From a bacterium (GTDB lineage Bacteria; UBA10199; JACPAL01; GCA-016699445), in contig DATIGE010000004.1 of NCBI GenBank assembly GCA_035454885.1, positions 67,096 to 131,095 on the forward strand: a stretch of 64,000 nt of DNA, read 5' to 3'. A model generated the notes under the pieces. That model made no database searches. It saw nothing but the letters and a program-made list of their open reading frames with translations, and was not told where the DNA came from. A program made the position numbers and the translations under genes. This document shows, one piece after another, positions 43,710 to 56,119 of this stretch. How positions within the stretch are numbered: position 1 is the first letter of the stretch; the number at the start of each line of letters is the position of its first letter.

Positions 43710-44126
43710 GTGATGCCCACATTCGAGTCATCGGAGCGGCTGAAGGAGGTCCTGGGAGGGTTTTTTGAGTACCTGACGACGGACGAGGCGATGCGGAAAA
43801 AGCTCCTGGACTCGAAGTTAATCCTCAAGTTCGCCTACGCCGACCCGCCGCTCGCCATCACGATTGACTTGTCCGGCGAATCCCCCGTCTTCAGCTACAA
43901 CGACGACGTCAAGAAGGCGAATGTCGAGATGAGCATGAAGGCCGACACGGCCCATCGCTTTTGGTTCGGCAAGGTGAACCTGGTCGTCGCCCTGGCGAGG
44001 CGCGAGATGGTGGCCAAGGGGCCGATCCCCAAGATCCTCAAGCTCCTGCCCATCATCAAACCGGCGTACGACATGTACCCCAAATATCTTCAGGAAAAGG
44101 GGTTCGCTTCCTATCTCATCCCCTAA
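43710..44126 (+). CDS. SCP2 sterol-carrier-like domain protein (putative)
   Basis: Its size and pattern resemble SCP2 (FWFGKVNLVVALARREM). The assignment is tentative. Confidence 0.45.
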   Translation: MMPTFESSERLKEVLGGFFEYLTTDEAMRKKLLDSKLILKFAYADPPLAITIDLSGESPVFSYNDDVKKANVEMSMKADTAHRFWFGKVNLVVALARREMVAKGPIPKILKLLPIIKPAYDMYPKYLQEKGFASYLIP

Positions 44127-44136
44127 GGAGGATTTT

Positions 44137-44541
44137 ATGAAGACCTGGCTGACGATGATTCTGATGCTGGCGGTCCTGTCCGGGTGCGGGGCCGAGGCGG
44201 GTAACGAGGCCCTGGCGCAGTCTCCCGAGGAAGTTGACGACGGCGCCATCGCCGGAGGCGTCAAGGACGCGTCGATCTCGGGTGCCGGCGGAAATGTCGC
44301 GGTCGACGCGGGATTCGCGGGAGACGGCAGCTTCATCCAGATTCCGGCGGGATTCTCGTCTGCCCAATGCAAATTCACGGCCGCCGCGGCGACCATCGAC
44401 GGCAACGCCATCTCCACGCAGGTCTCCATCAACCGCGAGACGGGCGAGGTGATCTGTGAAAAAGTTGTCCAGCCTCGCGTCGAGATTCCCCCCGAGGTCC
44501 AGGGCTGCACGGCCTCCTATACGATTGTCTGTGTGAAATGA
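44137..44541 (+). CDS. Lipoprotein, hypothetical
   Basis: It has a signal peptide with lipobox (MILMLAVLSGC). The 134-aa protein has 4 Cys in the mature part. Confidence 0.55.
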   Translation: MKTWLTMILMLAVLSGCGAEAGNEALAQSPEEVDDGAIAGGVKDASISGAGGNVAVDAGFAGDGSFIQIPAGFSSAQCKFTAAAATIDGNAISTQVSINRETGEVICEKVVQPRVEIPPEVQGCTASYTIVCVK

Positions 44542-45905
44542 CGGCAGGTTCCCCGGTGAAAGCCGATATCCTCTTCGACTTCAATCACATGATGTCCGAT
44601 TCCGTCGGGCCGTCGGGCCTGACCCGCGTCGACATCGACGCCGTACGCTCCCAGGCCTCGCAAGTCCATCGCGGAATCAACGAGTTGAGGAAGCTGGGCC
44701 AGATGCCCTTCCTCGATCTGCCCCATTGTACGGAAGACCTCCGCAGACTCTCCGAACTCGCGCGCGGCGTCCGCGAGCGTTTCCAAAAGGCGGTGGTTCT
44801 GGGAGTCGGCGGTTCGGCGCTGGGGCCGCGTCTGCTGGTCAACGCCCTGGGGTCGCCTCACGCGGTCGCCGTGGAAATCTGCGACACGCTCGACGCCGGT
44901 TCGTGGGCCATGACCGCGAAATCCGCGAGGCCCTCCGAAACCCTCCTCGTCGTCATCAGCAAGTCGGGCCGGACGCTCGAGACCTGGGCGGCCTTTCTGT
45001 ACTTTTTCGAAACATTCCGCGCCGCGCTCGGCGATCAAGCGTGGAAGCACGTGGTCGTCATAACCGATCCCGGCGAAGGCCCCCTTCGGAGGCTTTCGGA
45101 GGAAAAGGGATTTCCGAGCTTGGAGATCGCTCCGGGGGTGGGGGGACGGTTCTCCGTGCTGGGTCCCGTCGGGCTTTTTCCGGCGACCCTGGCGGGGGCG
45201 GACGTGGAATCCCTTCTGGCGGGTGCGCGCAGGATGGAGGAGCGGTGCGGCACGGATGACCCCTGGCTCAATCCCGCATTGATGAGCGCCATATTGCAGG
45301 AGCGTTTCGAGAAATTGGGGAAGCGGAACATCCGCGTCCTGCTGTCCTACGCCGACGCTTTGAAGGATTTTGCGCCCTGGTTCGCCCAGCTCTGGGCGGA
45401 AAGCCTGGGCAAGAGGCCTTTGAACGAGGCGGCGGGCTCGGTCGGCTCGACACCCGTGTCCTCCGCCGGTCCCCAAGACCAGCATTCCCAGCTTCAACTC
45501 TACCTCGACGGCCCCCAGGACAAGACGGTGACTTTTCTGGACGTTGAGGAGGCGTTGGGCGATGAGGCGCTTCCCGAGGCTCCCGATTGGTCGCATGTCT
45601 TGGGCGACGACGCGGCGCTGATCGAAAAGAAGGCGATTCATGACCTGTCCTCCGCTTCGCGCCTCGCGACCGAGGAGGCCCTGCGCGCGCGGGGTCGACC
45701 CAGCCAGACGATCCTTCTCAAGAGGATGGACGCCTACGGCCTGGGACAGCTTCTGCTCATGGCCGAGCTGGAAACGGTGTATGCCGGGCAATTGCTGGGC
45801 GTGAATCCCTTCGACCAGCCCGCCGTGGAGCGGATCAAGCGGAACGTGCGCGAGTTTCTGAGCGGCCGCATTACGCCCACAAAATCTAGAAATTACATGA
45901 TTTAG
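44538..45905 (+). CDS. pgi: Glucose-6-phosphate isomerase (short bacterial/archaeal-like form)
   Basis: It has the SIS domains and PGI signatures (VVLGVGGSALGP, ISKSGRTLET, GGRFSVLGPVG). Confidence 0.8.
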   Translation: MTAGSPVKADILFDFNHMMSDSVGPSGLTRVDIDAVRSQASQVHRGINELRKLGQMPFLDLPHCTEDLRRLSELARGVRERFQKAVVLGVGGSALGPRLLVNALGSPHAVAVEICDTLDAGSWAMTAKSARPSETLLVVISKSGRTLETWAAFLYFFETFRAALGDQAWKHVVVITDPGEGPLRRLSEEKGFPSLEIAPGVGGRFSVLGPVGLFPATLAGADVESLLAGARRMEERCGTDDPWLNPALMSAILQERFEKLGKRNIRVLLSYADALKDFAPWFAQLWAESLGKRPLNEAAGSVGSTPVSSAGPQDQHSQLQLYLDGPQDKTVTFLDVEEALGDEALPEAPDWSHVLGDDAALIEKKAIHDLSSASRLATEEALRARGRPSQTILLKRMDAYGLGQLLLMAELETVYAGQLLGVNPFDQPAVERIKRNVREFLSGRITPTKSRNYMI

Positions 45906-45924
45906 AGAAGCCCCCTCCGAGGTA

Positions 45925-47067
45925 TTATCCGAACCAGATCGAGCGGCGCTTCTTGAGGGCTTCCGTCACCATGGTTTGGATCCGGCACCGCACCATCTCC
46001 GACAGGCGGTTGACCAGCAGCTGATCCTCCGCGTCCTTGGGGCCGTACTTGGGTGAAAACCGGATCGGTTCCCCGAAGATGACCGTCCATTTCGAGGGCA
46101 GGGGAATGATCCCCAAAAGACCCAGAAGCGGGAGGGTCGGCGTGATCGGGATGTAGGGAATTCCGAATGGTCTCGCGAGAAGGGTCGATTTGTAGAGCAG
46201 AGGGTGGATTTCCTCCGCCCCGATGACGGCCGTCGGAAGAATGGGGGCGTTCATCCGCAGGGCGAGCTTGATGAATCCCCCGCGACCGAAGCGTTGCAGG
46301 CGGTAGCGCTCCTTGTAGTTCTTGCCGATGCCCTTGATGCCCTCCGGGAACACCGTCACGAGATGTTCCTTGGCGAGGAGACGCTCGGCGTTCTCGGGGC
46401 AGGCGCGCACGCCGCCGATGCGGTACATGAACGTGCCCAGGAAGGGAAAATGGTAGACGAAATCCTCCACCAGGAAGCGCACGTCCTTGCGCGAGGGGTG
46501 CTCGTTGATCACCGACGCGGCGATCATCGAGCCGTCGTAGGGCAGCGTGCCCGAATGATTCGCGACGATCAGCCCGCGGCCCGTGGCTGGGACATGGATC
46601 AGTCCGTCCACCGAGACGCGCCAGTAGTTGTAGTAGAGGAAGTCGAAGAGGGGCTTCACCTTCTGGATGAAGACGGGATCCATCCCGAACTCGTCCACGT
46701 CATAACTCTCGTCCGCAACGCCGGAACGGCCGAACCAAAGGTCGCGCAAAAAATCCTTCGTGGCTTGGAGGCTTAGGAGCCTCTTCAGGCGTTGGAGGAT
46801 TTCCACGAACGCGAGCGATTTCTTTCCGTCGGCGAAGACTCGGCCCGCCCGGATCTCCTCCGAGACCTTCTGGATGCGGTCCTCCAGGCGACCGATGAGG
46901 GAGGAGAGCTCGCCGTGGTGAGATGCCGGACGGATGTCCCTGAATTCCTTTTCGATGAGGTCGATCCGGTTCTCCAGCTTCCGGATGAGTTCTTCAAAGG
47001 ACGATCCCGTGTCCGGACCGGCCGGGACGGACTTGAGATGGACGATTTTTCCTTCGTGTTTCGTCAT
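45925..47067 (-). CDS. Lysophospholipid (1-acyl-sn-glycerol-3-phosphate) acyltransferase family protein with N-terminal coiled-coil
   Basis: It has the PlsC motifs: HXXXXD-type (VANHSG) and the FPEG block (TVFPEGIKG). Confidence 0.7.
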   Translation of the reverse strand: MTKHEGKIVHLKSVPAGPDTGSSFEELIRKLENRIDLIEKEFRDIRPASHHGELSSLIGRLEDRIQKVSEEIRAGRVFADGKKSLAFVEILQRLKRLLSLQATKDFLRDLWFGRSGVADESYDVDEFGMDPVFIQKVKPLFDFLYYNYWRVSVDGLIHVPATGRGLIVANHSGTLPYDGSMIAASVINEHPSRKDVRFLVEDFVYHFPFLGTFMYRIGGVRACPENAERLLAKEHLVTVFPEGIKGIGKNYKERYRLQRFGRGGFIKLALRMNAPILPTAVIGAEEIHPLLYKSTLLARPFGIPYIPITPTLPLLGLLGIIPLPSKWTVIFGEPIRFSPKYGPKDAEDQLLVNRLSEMVRCRIQTMVTEALKKRRSIWFG

Positions 47068-47070
47068 GGC

Positions 47071-48075
47071 CTACGTCGCCTCGAGCAGATTGACCTCGCG
47101 GAGTCTCTGCGCCCCGATGAACGAAAGCAGGGTCTCTTTCGTCGAATAACGTGCGGTGAATCCCATCGTCTTCTTGGCCTTCGTCCCATCGGCGACGGAA
47201 AGGTACTTGAGAAAATCCAAACGCGAGGCCGGGGCCGGAACGACGTTGCCGTACCAGAGGAGCTGAACGATGGGGTAGAGAAGCGGGGCGGGGACGGGAA
47301 GCGAGAGCTTGCCGGCCAGCTTCAGAACCTTGGACAGGGGCAGGACGCCGTCACCGACAATGTTGAAGATCCCCGGATAATCCTTGTCGAGGCTCAGCTT
47401 GAAGGCCCGGATGACGTCCTCCTCGTGGACGAATTGCAGGAGGGGGTCATATCCCATCACCGTGAAGATCACCGGCGACTGCAAGAAATTCGTCTTATAA
47501 TTTCTGACGTTCGGGCCCAGAATCGTGCTGGGCCGGAGGATCGTCACGACGGTCTCCGGGTGCTTCCGTGCGAACTTCTGCGCCTGCAACTCGGCCTCGA
47601 TCTTGTCCTTCAGAAACCGGCTCTTGAACCCGCCGTGCATCGGGTGGTCCTCGGACAGGAAATTGGGATTCGTCGCATGGGCGCCGTAGACTTCCGTGGT
47701 GGAGGCGAAAACCAGTTTCTTGACCTTCCACGCGGCACAGGCGTCGAGGACGTACATCGTGCCCACCGACACCAGCTCATGCGCCCAGGACAAATCGTGC
47801 GGGGGCGAGACGGGAATGGCCGCATGAACGAGGGTCTCGACGTTCTCCTTCTCGAGGATCTCCAAGAGTTTGGAGTCCGCCAGCGTCTCCGTGAGGTCCA
47901 GCCGGTAGAACTTGGTCTTGGTCGTCTCAAAAGGGGGCTTCCGGTAGTCGATCGCCACCACATGACGGTAGGCCGGGTCTTTTTCGAGTTCCCTCAGGAG
48001 CGAACTGCCCACGAAACCGGAGGTTCCGGTCAGGGCGATCGCGGGCGGGGCGGACTTGCGGGTCTTTCTTGCCAT
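47071..48075 (-). CDS. NAD-dependent epimerase/dehydratase (extended SDR)
   Basis: It has the Rossmann N-terminus LTGTSGFVGSSL and the catalytic YxxxK context. Confidence 0.75.
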   Translation of the reverse strand: MARKTRKSAPPAIALTGTSGFVGSSLLRELEKDPAYRHVVAIDYRKPPFETTKTKFYRLDLTETLADSKLLEILEKENVETLVHAAIPVSPPHDLSWAHELVSVGTMYVLDACAAWKVKKLVFASTTEVYGAHATNPNFLSEDHPMHGGFKSRFLKDKIEAELQAQKFARKHPETVVTILRPSTILGPNVRNYKTNFLQSPVIFTVMGYDPLLQFVHEEDVIRAFKLSLDKDYPGIFNIVGDGVLPLSKVLKLAGKLSLPVPAPLLYPIVQLLWYGNVVPAPASRLDFLKYLSVADGTKAKKTMGFTARYSTKETLLSFIGAQRLREVNLLEAT

Positions 48076-48142
48076 TTGGGTCGAAAAAGGTTAACACATT
48101 CCCTTCGTTATGCAACATCAACCCATGCACAGAGGAGGAACC

Positions 48143-48595
48143 ATGAAGGGAACAAGACTGGCGGCTCTCGCCGGAGCCATCGCGCTACTCGTCTCGGCGA
48201 ACTCGCAGGCGCTGGACCTGGGCAGCAAGGTCGGCAACGCGACAAAGGAAGCAGCCCACGCGGGCGGCAAGATGGCCGTCGAGAAGGAGATCAACAAGAA
48301 CCTGGCGGAGAAGAACTGCTCCTTCAAGCCGAAGACGACGGATCTGAGCTGCGACCTGCAGGAAATCCTCAAGACGTTGAAGGATCAGAAGACGATCGCG
48401 GAAAAGAGCGGTTTTGCGAATGACGTCGACATCTTCGTGAAGATCGGCCAGGGCAAGGACGCCAAGAATCCGAGCCTGGGCAGCGACCGGAATTCCAAGG
48501 TCCGCACCGAGCTGATCAAGAAGGTGAGCTGGTGGGATTGGTACGATACGTCGATCGACGGCGATCAGTTGGAGTTGAGCGTCAAGATCAGATAA
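48143..48595 (+). CDS. Small secreted protein, hypothetical
   Basis: It has a signal peptide (MKGTRLAALAGAIALLVSANSQA) and Lys-rich content, and it is followed by a strong terminator. Confidence 0.5.
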   Translation: MKGTRLAALAGAIALLVSANSQALDLGSKVGNATKEAAHAGGKMAVEKEINKNLAEKNCSFKPKTTDLSCDLQEILKTLKDQKTIAEKSGFANDVDIFVKIGQGKDAKNPSLGSDRNSKVRTELIKKVSWWDWYDTSIDGDQLELSVKIR

Positions 48596-48605
48596 TATTT
48601 ATTTT

Positions 48606-48641
48606 GGCAGAAAAAGGCCGCTTCGACGATGTCGGGGCGGC
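48606..48641. terminator. Rho-independent terminator, bidirectional, between the convergent small secreted gene and thiC
   Basis: AAAAAGGCCGCTTCGACGATGTCGGGGCGGCCTTTTTTATTT: a GC stem flanked by A/T runs on both sides. Confidence 0.75.
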
Positions 48642-48646
48642 CTTTT

Positions 48647-51169
<2,523 letters not shown>

Positions 51170-51177
<8 letters not shown>

Positions 51178-51943
51178 GGACGATACCCTCCAGGGGACTC
51201 GAGGCCTCGGCGCCTTCCCGTTCCCCCCCGCGTCCCGCGAGAAAGGCCTCGCGTCCGGCCCGGACGGCGTCGCGGAAGGCGGCGGCCATGCGGACGGGGT
51301 CCTCGGCGGTCGCGATGGCGGTGTTGACGAGCACCGCGTCGGCGCCCATCTCCATGGCCTCGCAGGCGTGGGAGGGGACGCCGAGGCCGGCGTCGACGAC
51401 CACGGGCACGACTGCCTGTTCGATGATGATGCGAACCGCCTCCCTCATCTGCAGCCCCCGGTTGGAGCCGATGGGCGCCGCCAGCGGCATGACGACCGCG
51501 CAGCCGGCGTCGGCGAGCTTCTTGGCCAGCACAGGGTCCGGCGGCATGTAGGGGAGGACGGTGAAACCCTCTTTCACCAGGATCTGCGCTGCGGCCAGCG
51601 TTTCGACGGGATCGGGCCAGAGATACTGCGGATCGGGGATGACTTCGAGCTTGAGCCAGTCCCCCATCCCGCCTTCGCGGGCCAGTTTGGCGAGAAAAAG
51701 GGCCTCCTTGGCCGTCCGGGCCCCGGAGGTGTTGGGCAGCAATTGAAAACGCCTCCGGTCGATGAAGCTGAGGATATCGTCGTCCTTGCGTGCCAGATCC
51801 ACGCGCCGGAGGGCGACGGTGACCATCGAGGCGCCGGAGGCCTCCAGGGCCTCTTTCATCACGGCGTGCGAGGCGAATTTGCCGGTGCCGAGGAAGAGGC
51901 GGCTCTCGAACGATTTTCCTGCGATGACCAGTTCTTTCGTCAT
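51170..51943 (-). CDS. thiG: Thiazole synthase
   Basis: It is a ThiG TIM-barrel protein with the Schiff-base Lys context, and it immediately follows thiS. Confidence 0.85.
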
Positions 51944-51945
51944 TT

Positions 51946-52161
51946 CTATCCTCCAGCGACCGCACGGATGATCTCGACCCGGTCCCGGTCCTTGACCTGA
52001 TAGCTCTGGAACTCGGAACGCGGTACGATCTCTGAGTTGACGGCCACGGCGACGGAGGGGGATGGGATTTCGATCCTATGGATGAGATCGGCCACGGTGA
52101 GGGGGGCCTCGAAGGCCTTCGTCACGCCGTTGAGTTGAATGGTCAGGGGGATGGAAGCCAC
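51946..52161 (-). CDS. thiS: Sulfur carrier protein ThiS
   Basis: A 71-aa protein ending in GG. It has a GTG start with a GGAGAAAAA RBS. Confidence 0.8.
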   Translation of the reverse strand: MASIPLTIQLNGVTKAFEAPLTVADLIHRIEIPSPSVAVAVNSEIVPRSEFQSYQVKDRDRVEIIRAVAGG

Positions 52162-52164
52162 TTT

Positions 52165-52258
52165 TTCTCCCTACGCCGGCATTACCCGGATCAGGTTCGA
52201 CGGGTCCCTCCGCCTCTGGCGGAGATCTCAGCCTTTTGGCACCCCGAATGGAGCTTAA
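52165..52258 (-). ncRNA. TPP (thiamine pyrophosphate) riboswitch controlling thiS-thiG-thiH-thiC
   Basis: Read on the minus strand: GGGGUGCC...GGCUGAGA...AACCUGAUCCGGGUAAUGCCGGCGUAGGGAGAAAAA, then the GTG start. This matches the conserved THI-element blocks (GGGGUGCC, CUGAGA, ACCUGAUCYGGNUAAUGCCNGCGNAGGGA). Confidence 0.85.
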
Positions 52259-52390
52259 GATGGAACGGGGAGGCCTCGTTGTCAAATGGTCCGCAAGAAA
52301 ATGCTCCTTGATGTGAGGAGGCTGGTGAACAATAATCATGACAATTATCAACCAATGTCGTTAACCCGCTGAAACAAAAGAGGTTATCTT

Positions 52391-54172
52391 ATGGGCTTCA
52401 AAGGCTCTCTCTCCGTGAGCTCCATGGCGCTTCTCGCTCTGTTGGCAGTCCCCCCGGCAGCAAGGTCCGACGAGATTGGACTCAACGACTTCCGGATCAG
52501 TCACATGGGACCCGATGGCAATACCAGTTATGCGGGGAGCCAACCCGATGTCGCTTATAACAGCGCTGCCGACGAATTCTTCGTCGTCTGGATCGGGATC
52601 GATGACGTGGATACGGTGACGAACGGCGCCGCTCAGATCTTCGGACAGAGGCTCGACGCCAAGACGGGCGAATTGTTGGGGGCGCGCGTCCGCTTGAGCG
52701 ACATCGGGGATGACGATTCGGCGAATCCGACATCGTCCTCTTTCAACGACGAGCCCCGTGTGGCCTACGATTCCCAGGACAATCAGTATCTGGTTGTATG
52801 GGCAGGGTCCGATGTCGGGCGAACTTTTAGCGGGGCGCCTCTTGCCGACGGCGAAAGGGAAGTCTTCGGGCAGCGCGTGAATGCGGCGACGGGAGAGGAA
52901 ATTGGAGACAACGACTTCCGGATCAGCGTGACAGGCACCGACGGAGACGCGGGCCCTGCAGGCCTTCGGCCGTCTGTCGCCTACAACAGCGCAAACAACG
53001 AGTACCTCGTCGTCTGGATGGCCTTCGACTCCGCTTTCACGGGCAAGCAGGGGGACCTTTTTGGGCAACGCATCGGCGCAAGCGACGGTTCTTTCATCGG
53101 TTCTCAGACGGTTCTCCGCGTCCCGGATCCGGATCGCGAACTCGTGGGCAACTTCCTGGAGCCGGACCGCACGGACGTGGCCTACAATTCGGTCGATAAC
53201 GAATACTTCGCCGTCTTCCGATGCGACTGTTTCGGGGAAGCGAAATCGACGGATCCCCATCCCGGGACCGAAATTTTCGGTCAGCGCTTGGACGCCAACG
53301 CCGTTGGAATAGGAGTCGAACGCCAGTTGAGCGACATGGGACCAGACACCGATTTCATTTTCTTCGCTGACGTCCCCCGGATCGCCTTCAATTCCATGGA
53401 CGACGAATATCTCGTGGTCTGGCAAGGCAACGATGCGGCGGCTACCGAAAATGAAATTTACGGACAGAGGGTGGGCGCCGCGGGCGACGAGACCGGCACC
53501 AACGATATTCGGATCAGCTTCATGGGCCCGGACGGCGATTCCAACTTCGGCGGCTTCATTCCGGCCGTCGCCTATAATTCGGCGAACGATGAATATTTCG
53601 TCGTCTGGTACGGCGATACGGACCAGGGCGGCCAGGTCGACGAAGACATCGAGATTTTCGGCCAGCGGGTCGCGGCGGGTGCCGACGCCTCCGCGGGAGA
53701 TTTGATCGGTTCGAACGTCCGCTTGAGTGATATGATGGGGATCGGGACGGCGGCCTACGCCGTCCAATTTCCGAACGTCGCCTACGATTCGGCCGACAAC
53801 ATTTCCTTGGTGGTCTGGAGCGGCGTCGACGACGTGCCGCCATTGGTTGAGTTGGAGGGCGAGATCTTCGGCCAGCTCGTGACCGATCCGGCGTGCGGGA
53901 ACGGTGTTGTGGAGTCGCCCGAGGCCTGCGACGACGGCAACGCCGACGAGACCGACGCCTGTCTTTCCACCTGTGCCGCCGCTTCCTGCGGGGATGGTTT
54001 CGTTCAGGCCGGCGTGGAGGATTGTGACGGCGGCGTCGATTGCGCCGCCGACTGCACTTTGATCCCCGCCGGAACGACGGGCGGAACGACCACCGGTGGG
54101 GAGACGACGGGAGGCACGAGCGGTGGATCGGGCGGAGGCTCGGACTCCGGCGGATGCAGCCTGATCCGTTAG
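52391..54172 (+). CDS. Secreted repeat protein: six ~50-aa internal repeats, two Myxococcus-type Cys-rich repeats, C-terminal GGCSLI tail
   Basis: It has a signal peptide ([15 protein letters not shown]). The repeat core is NDFRIS.GPDG.....P.VAYNS..NEY.VVW......IFGQR, present six times. The C-terminus contains [27 protein letters not shown] and [23 protein letters not shown], then a Gly/Thr linker, then GGCSLIR. Confidence 0.7.
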   Translation: MGFKGSLSVSSMALLALLAVPPAARSDEIGLNDFRISHMGPDGNTSYAGSQPDVAYNSAADEFFVVWIGIDDVDTVTNGAAQIFGQRLDAKTGELLGARVRLSDIGDDDSANPTSSSFNDEPRVAYDSQDNQYLVVWAGSDVGRTFSGAPLADGEREVFGQRVNAATGEEIGDNDFRISVTGTDGDAGPAGLRPSVAYNSANNEYLVVWMAFDSAFTGKQGDLFGQRIGASDGSFIGSQTVLRVPDPDRELVGNFLEPDRTDVAYNSVDNEYFAVFRCDCFGEAKSTDPHPGTEIFGQRLDANAVGIGVERQLSDMGPDTDFIFFADVPRIAFNSMDDEYLVVWQGNDAAATENEIYGQRVGAAGDETGTNDIRISFMGPDGDSNFGGFIPAVAYNSANDEYFVVWYGDTDQGGQVDEDIEIFGQRVAAGADASAGDLIGSNVRLSDMMGIGTAAYAVQFPNVAYDSADNISLVVWSGVDDVPPLVELEGEIFGQLVTDPACGNGVVESPEACDDGNADETDACLSTCAAASCGDGFVQAGVEDCDGGVDCAADCTLIPAGTTGGTTTGGETTGGTSGGSGGGSDSGGCSLIR

Positions 54173-54199
54173 GCCCGGCTCCTTCCTCACTAAGTCAGG

Positions 54200-54943
54200 C
54201 TAGAGCGTCAGGAGCTCGCCGGCTTGGAGGATCGCCACCCGGTCTCCGAAATTTCGATCAGCGACGATCTTCTTGAGTTCTTCCAGCGGGGCGTCCGCGC
54301 CGTTGAACCATGGCTTGAACGCGCCCCAGTGGATCGGAATCATCTTTTTCGCACCCGTTTCCTCCATCACCCGGATGGCATCCGCGGGCGTGAGATGGCG
54401 TCGTCTCATGATCCAGGCCGGATGGCAGGGGCCGATGGCGAGGAGGGCGACGTCGGGGTCGCGAAACGCCTCGAAATCGCCCCGATAGCCCGTATCACCC
54501 GGAAAGAAGATCCTCGAACCATTCAGTTCGATCCAATAGCCGTTGGTTCCGCGGTAGGTGAAGCCCGAGAGCCGGAACCCGCGATGATTCACGGGAAAGG
54601 CCGTGACGCCCAGACCGGCGGCCACCTGATGCGAGTTGCCGTGGCCGATCTCCACAATCGGATTCCTCACGAATTTGGAAACCAGTTTTCCCAGCCCCAA
54701 AGGCAGGACGATGGGGACGCTCGAATCAAAGAACTTGAGGGCGTGCAGATCCAGGTGGTCATAGTGCGCATTGGAGATGAGAACGGCGGTGGGTCTGGGC
54801 AAGTCGTTGATGTCGACCGGGAAGGGCTGGCGACGCCGGGCCGTCAGGACCCGGTCGCCAAAGACGGGGTCCGTCAGGATGGCGGAGGGGCCGTCTTGAA
54901 TCAGAACCGTCGAATGCCCCAGAAAAGTTAAGCGAATTGACAT
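54200..54943 (-). CDS. MBL-fold metallo-hydrolase
   Basis: It has the HxHxDH motif (NAHYDHLD) and a beta-lactamase-like fold. The start was set at MSIRLTFLGHS. Confidence 0.7.
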   Translation of the reverse strand: MSIRLTFLGHSTVLIQDGPSAILTDPVFGDRVLTARRRQPFPVDINDLPRPTAVLISNAHYDHLDLHALKFFDSSVPIVLPLGLGKLVSKFVRNPIVEIGHGNSHQVAAGLGVTAFPVNHRGFRLSGFTYRGTNGYWIELNGSRIFFPGDTGYRGDFEAFRDPDVALLAIGPCHPAWIMRRRHLTPADAIRVMEETGAKKMIPIHWGAFKPWFNGADAPLEELKKIVADRNFGDRVAILQAGELLTL

Positions 54944-54988
54944 AATGGAGCCGAACCCTATAACTTTGCGCGGCTTTTTCGGCAAGAA

Positions 54989-56119
54989 ATGAAACGCGTT
55001 TCACCCACATTCGTTGAAGTGGACCTCGAGGCCTTGCGGCACAACTACCGGCAATTACGGCGTTGTTTGCCGGCCGGCGTCAAGGCCCTCTGCGTCGTCA
55101 AGTCGAACGCCTACGGCCACGGGGCGCAACGGGTCGCCAAGACGCTTCAAGATGAAGGGGCCGATGCCTTCGGCGTCGGGACGGTCGACGAGGGGATCTC
55201 TCTCCGCGAGGCGGGGGTCAAGAGGCCGATTCTGATCCTGTTGGGGATGGTGGGCGATCAGAAGGAAGCCCTGGTTCGCTACCAGCTCACCCCCGTCGTC
55301 TACGACCTGGAGTCGGCCGCGGCCTTGAGCGATTTCATGGCGCGGTCGGGCAAGAAACTTCCCATCCACCTCAAGGTGGACACGGGCATGACGCGGCTGG
55401 GATTCCTGCCCAAAGACTTCCCGGCCGCGTGCGCGGCGGTCAAAAAGCTGCCCTTCGTGGAGCCGGAAGGCCTCCTGAGCCATCTGGCGGAGGCGGGCGA
55501 CGGACCCTATACCGCCAAACAAGCGAAGGCCTTCGAGAAGGCGCGGGAGGTTTTCGGGGAGGCCTTCGGGATGGAGGGTGTCTCCAGAACCTTTCACCTC
55601 GCCAACAGCCAGGCGAGTATCGACGGGAAGTTGGGCGGTGCAGGGGCGGAGCTCATGGCCAGATTGGGGATCGCCCTCTATGGGGCGTATCCTTTGGAGA
55701 GGGACCGTAAGCTTGTCCCGCTCAAGCCGGTTCTGACCTGGAAATCCCACGTCATCGCCCTCAAGGACGTCCCGTCCGGGACACCGGTGAGTTACAACCG
55801 CACGTACAAGACCAAAAAGCCCTCGCGCATCGCGATCGTGCCGGTGGGGTACGCGGACGGCTACCCACGCCTTCTGTCCAACCGCGCCCGGGTCCTGATC
55901 CATTCGAAAGAGGCCCCGGTGGCGGGCATGGTCTGCATGGACCTCATGATGATCGACGTGACGGGCGTCGCGGGCGCGTCGGTGGGCGATGAAGTGGTCT
56001 TGCTGGGCCGCCAAGGAAAGGCGGAGATCCGGGCCGAGGACTTGGCCGAAAAGGCCGAGACCATTTCCTACGAGATTTTTTGCCGCATTTCGGAAAGAGT
56101 GAACCGTGTTTTTCGTTAA
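54989..56119 (+). CDS. alr: Alanine racemase
   Basis: The PLP-Lys motif VVKSNAYGHG is present, and the protein is full length. Confidence 0.85.
   Translation: MKRVSPTFVEVDLEALRHNYRQLRRCLPAGVKALCVVKSNAYGHGAQRVAKTLQDEGADAFGVGTVDEGISLREAGVKRPILILLGMVGDQKEALVRYQLTPVVYDLESAAALSDFMARSGKKLPIHLKVDTGMTRLGFLPKDFPAACAAVKKLPFVEPEGLLSHLAEAGDGPYTAKQAKAFEKAREVFGEAFGMEGVSRTFHLANSQASIDGKLGGAGAELMARLGIALYGAYPLERDRKLVPLKPVLTWKSHVIALKDVPSGTPVSYNRTYKTKKPSRIAIVPVGYADGYPRLLSNRARVLIHSKEAPVAGMVCMDLMMIDVTGVAGASVGDEVVLLGRQGKAEIRAEDLAEKAETISYEIFCRISERVNRVFR

Noticed and set aside
52391-54172. The C-terminal GGCSLI tail as a MYXO-CTERM or PEP-CTERM sorting signal.
   Set aside because: Those signals need a hydrophobic helix and a basic cluster after the GC/PEP motif. 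Here only 1-4 residues follow, so the tail is reported as a distinct short motif.
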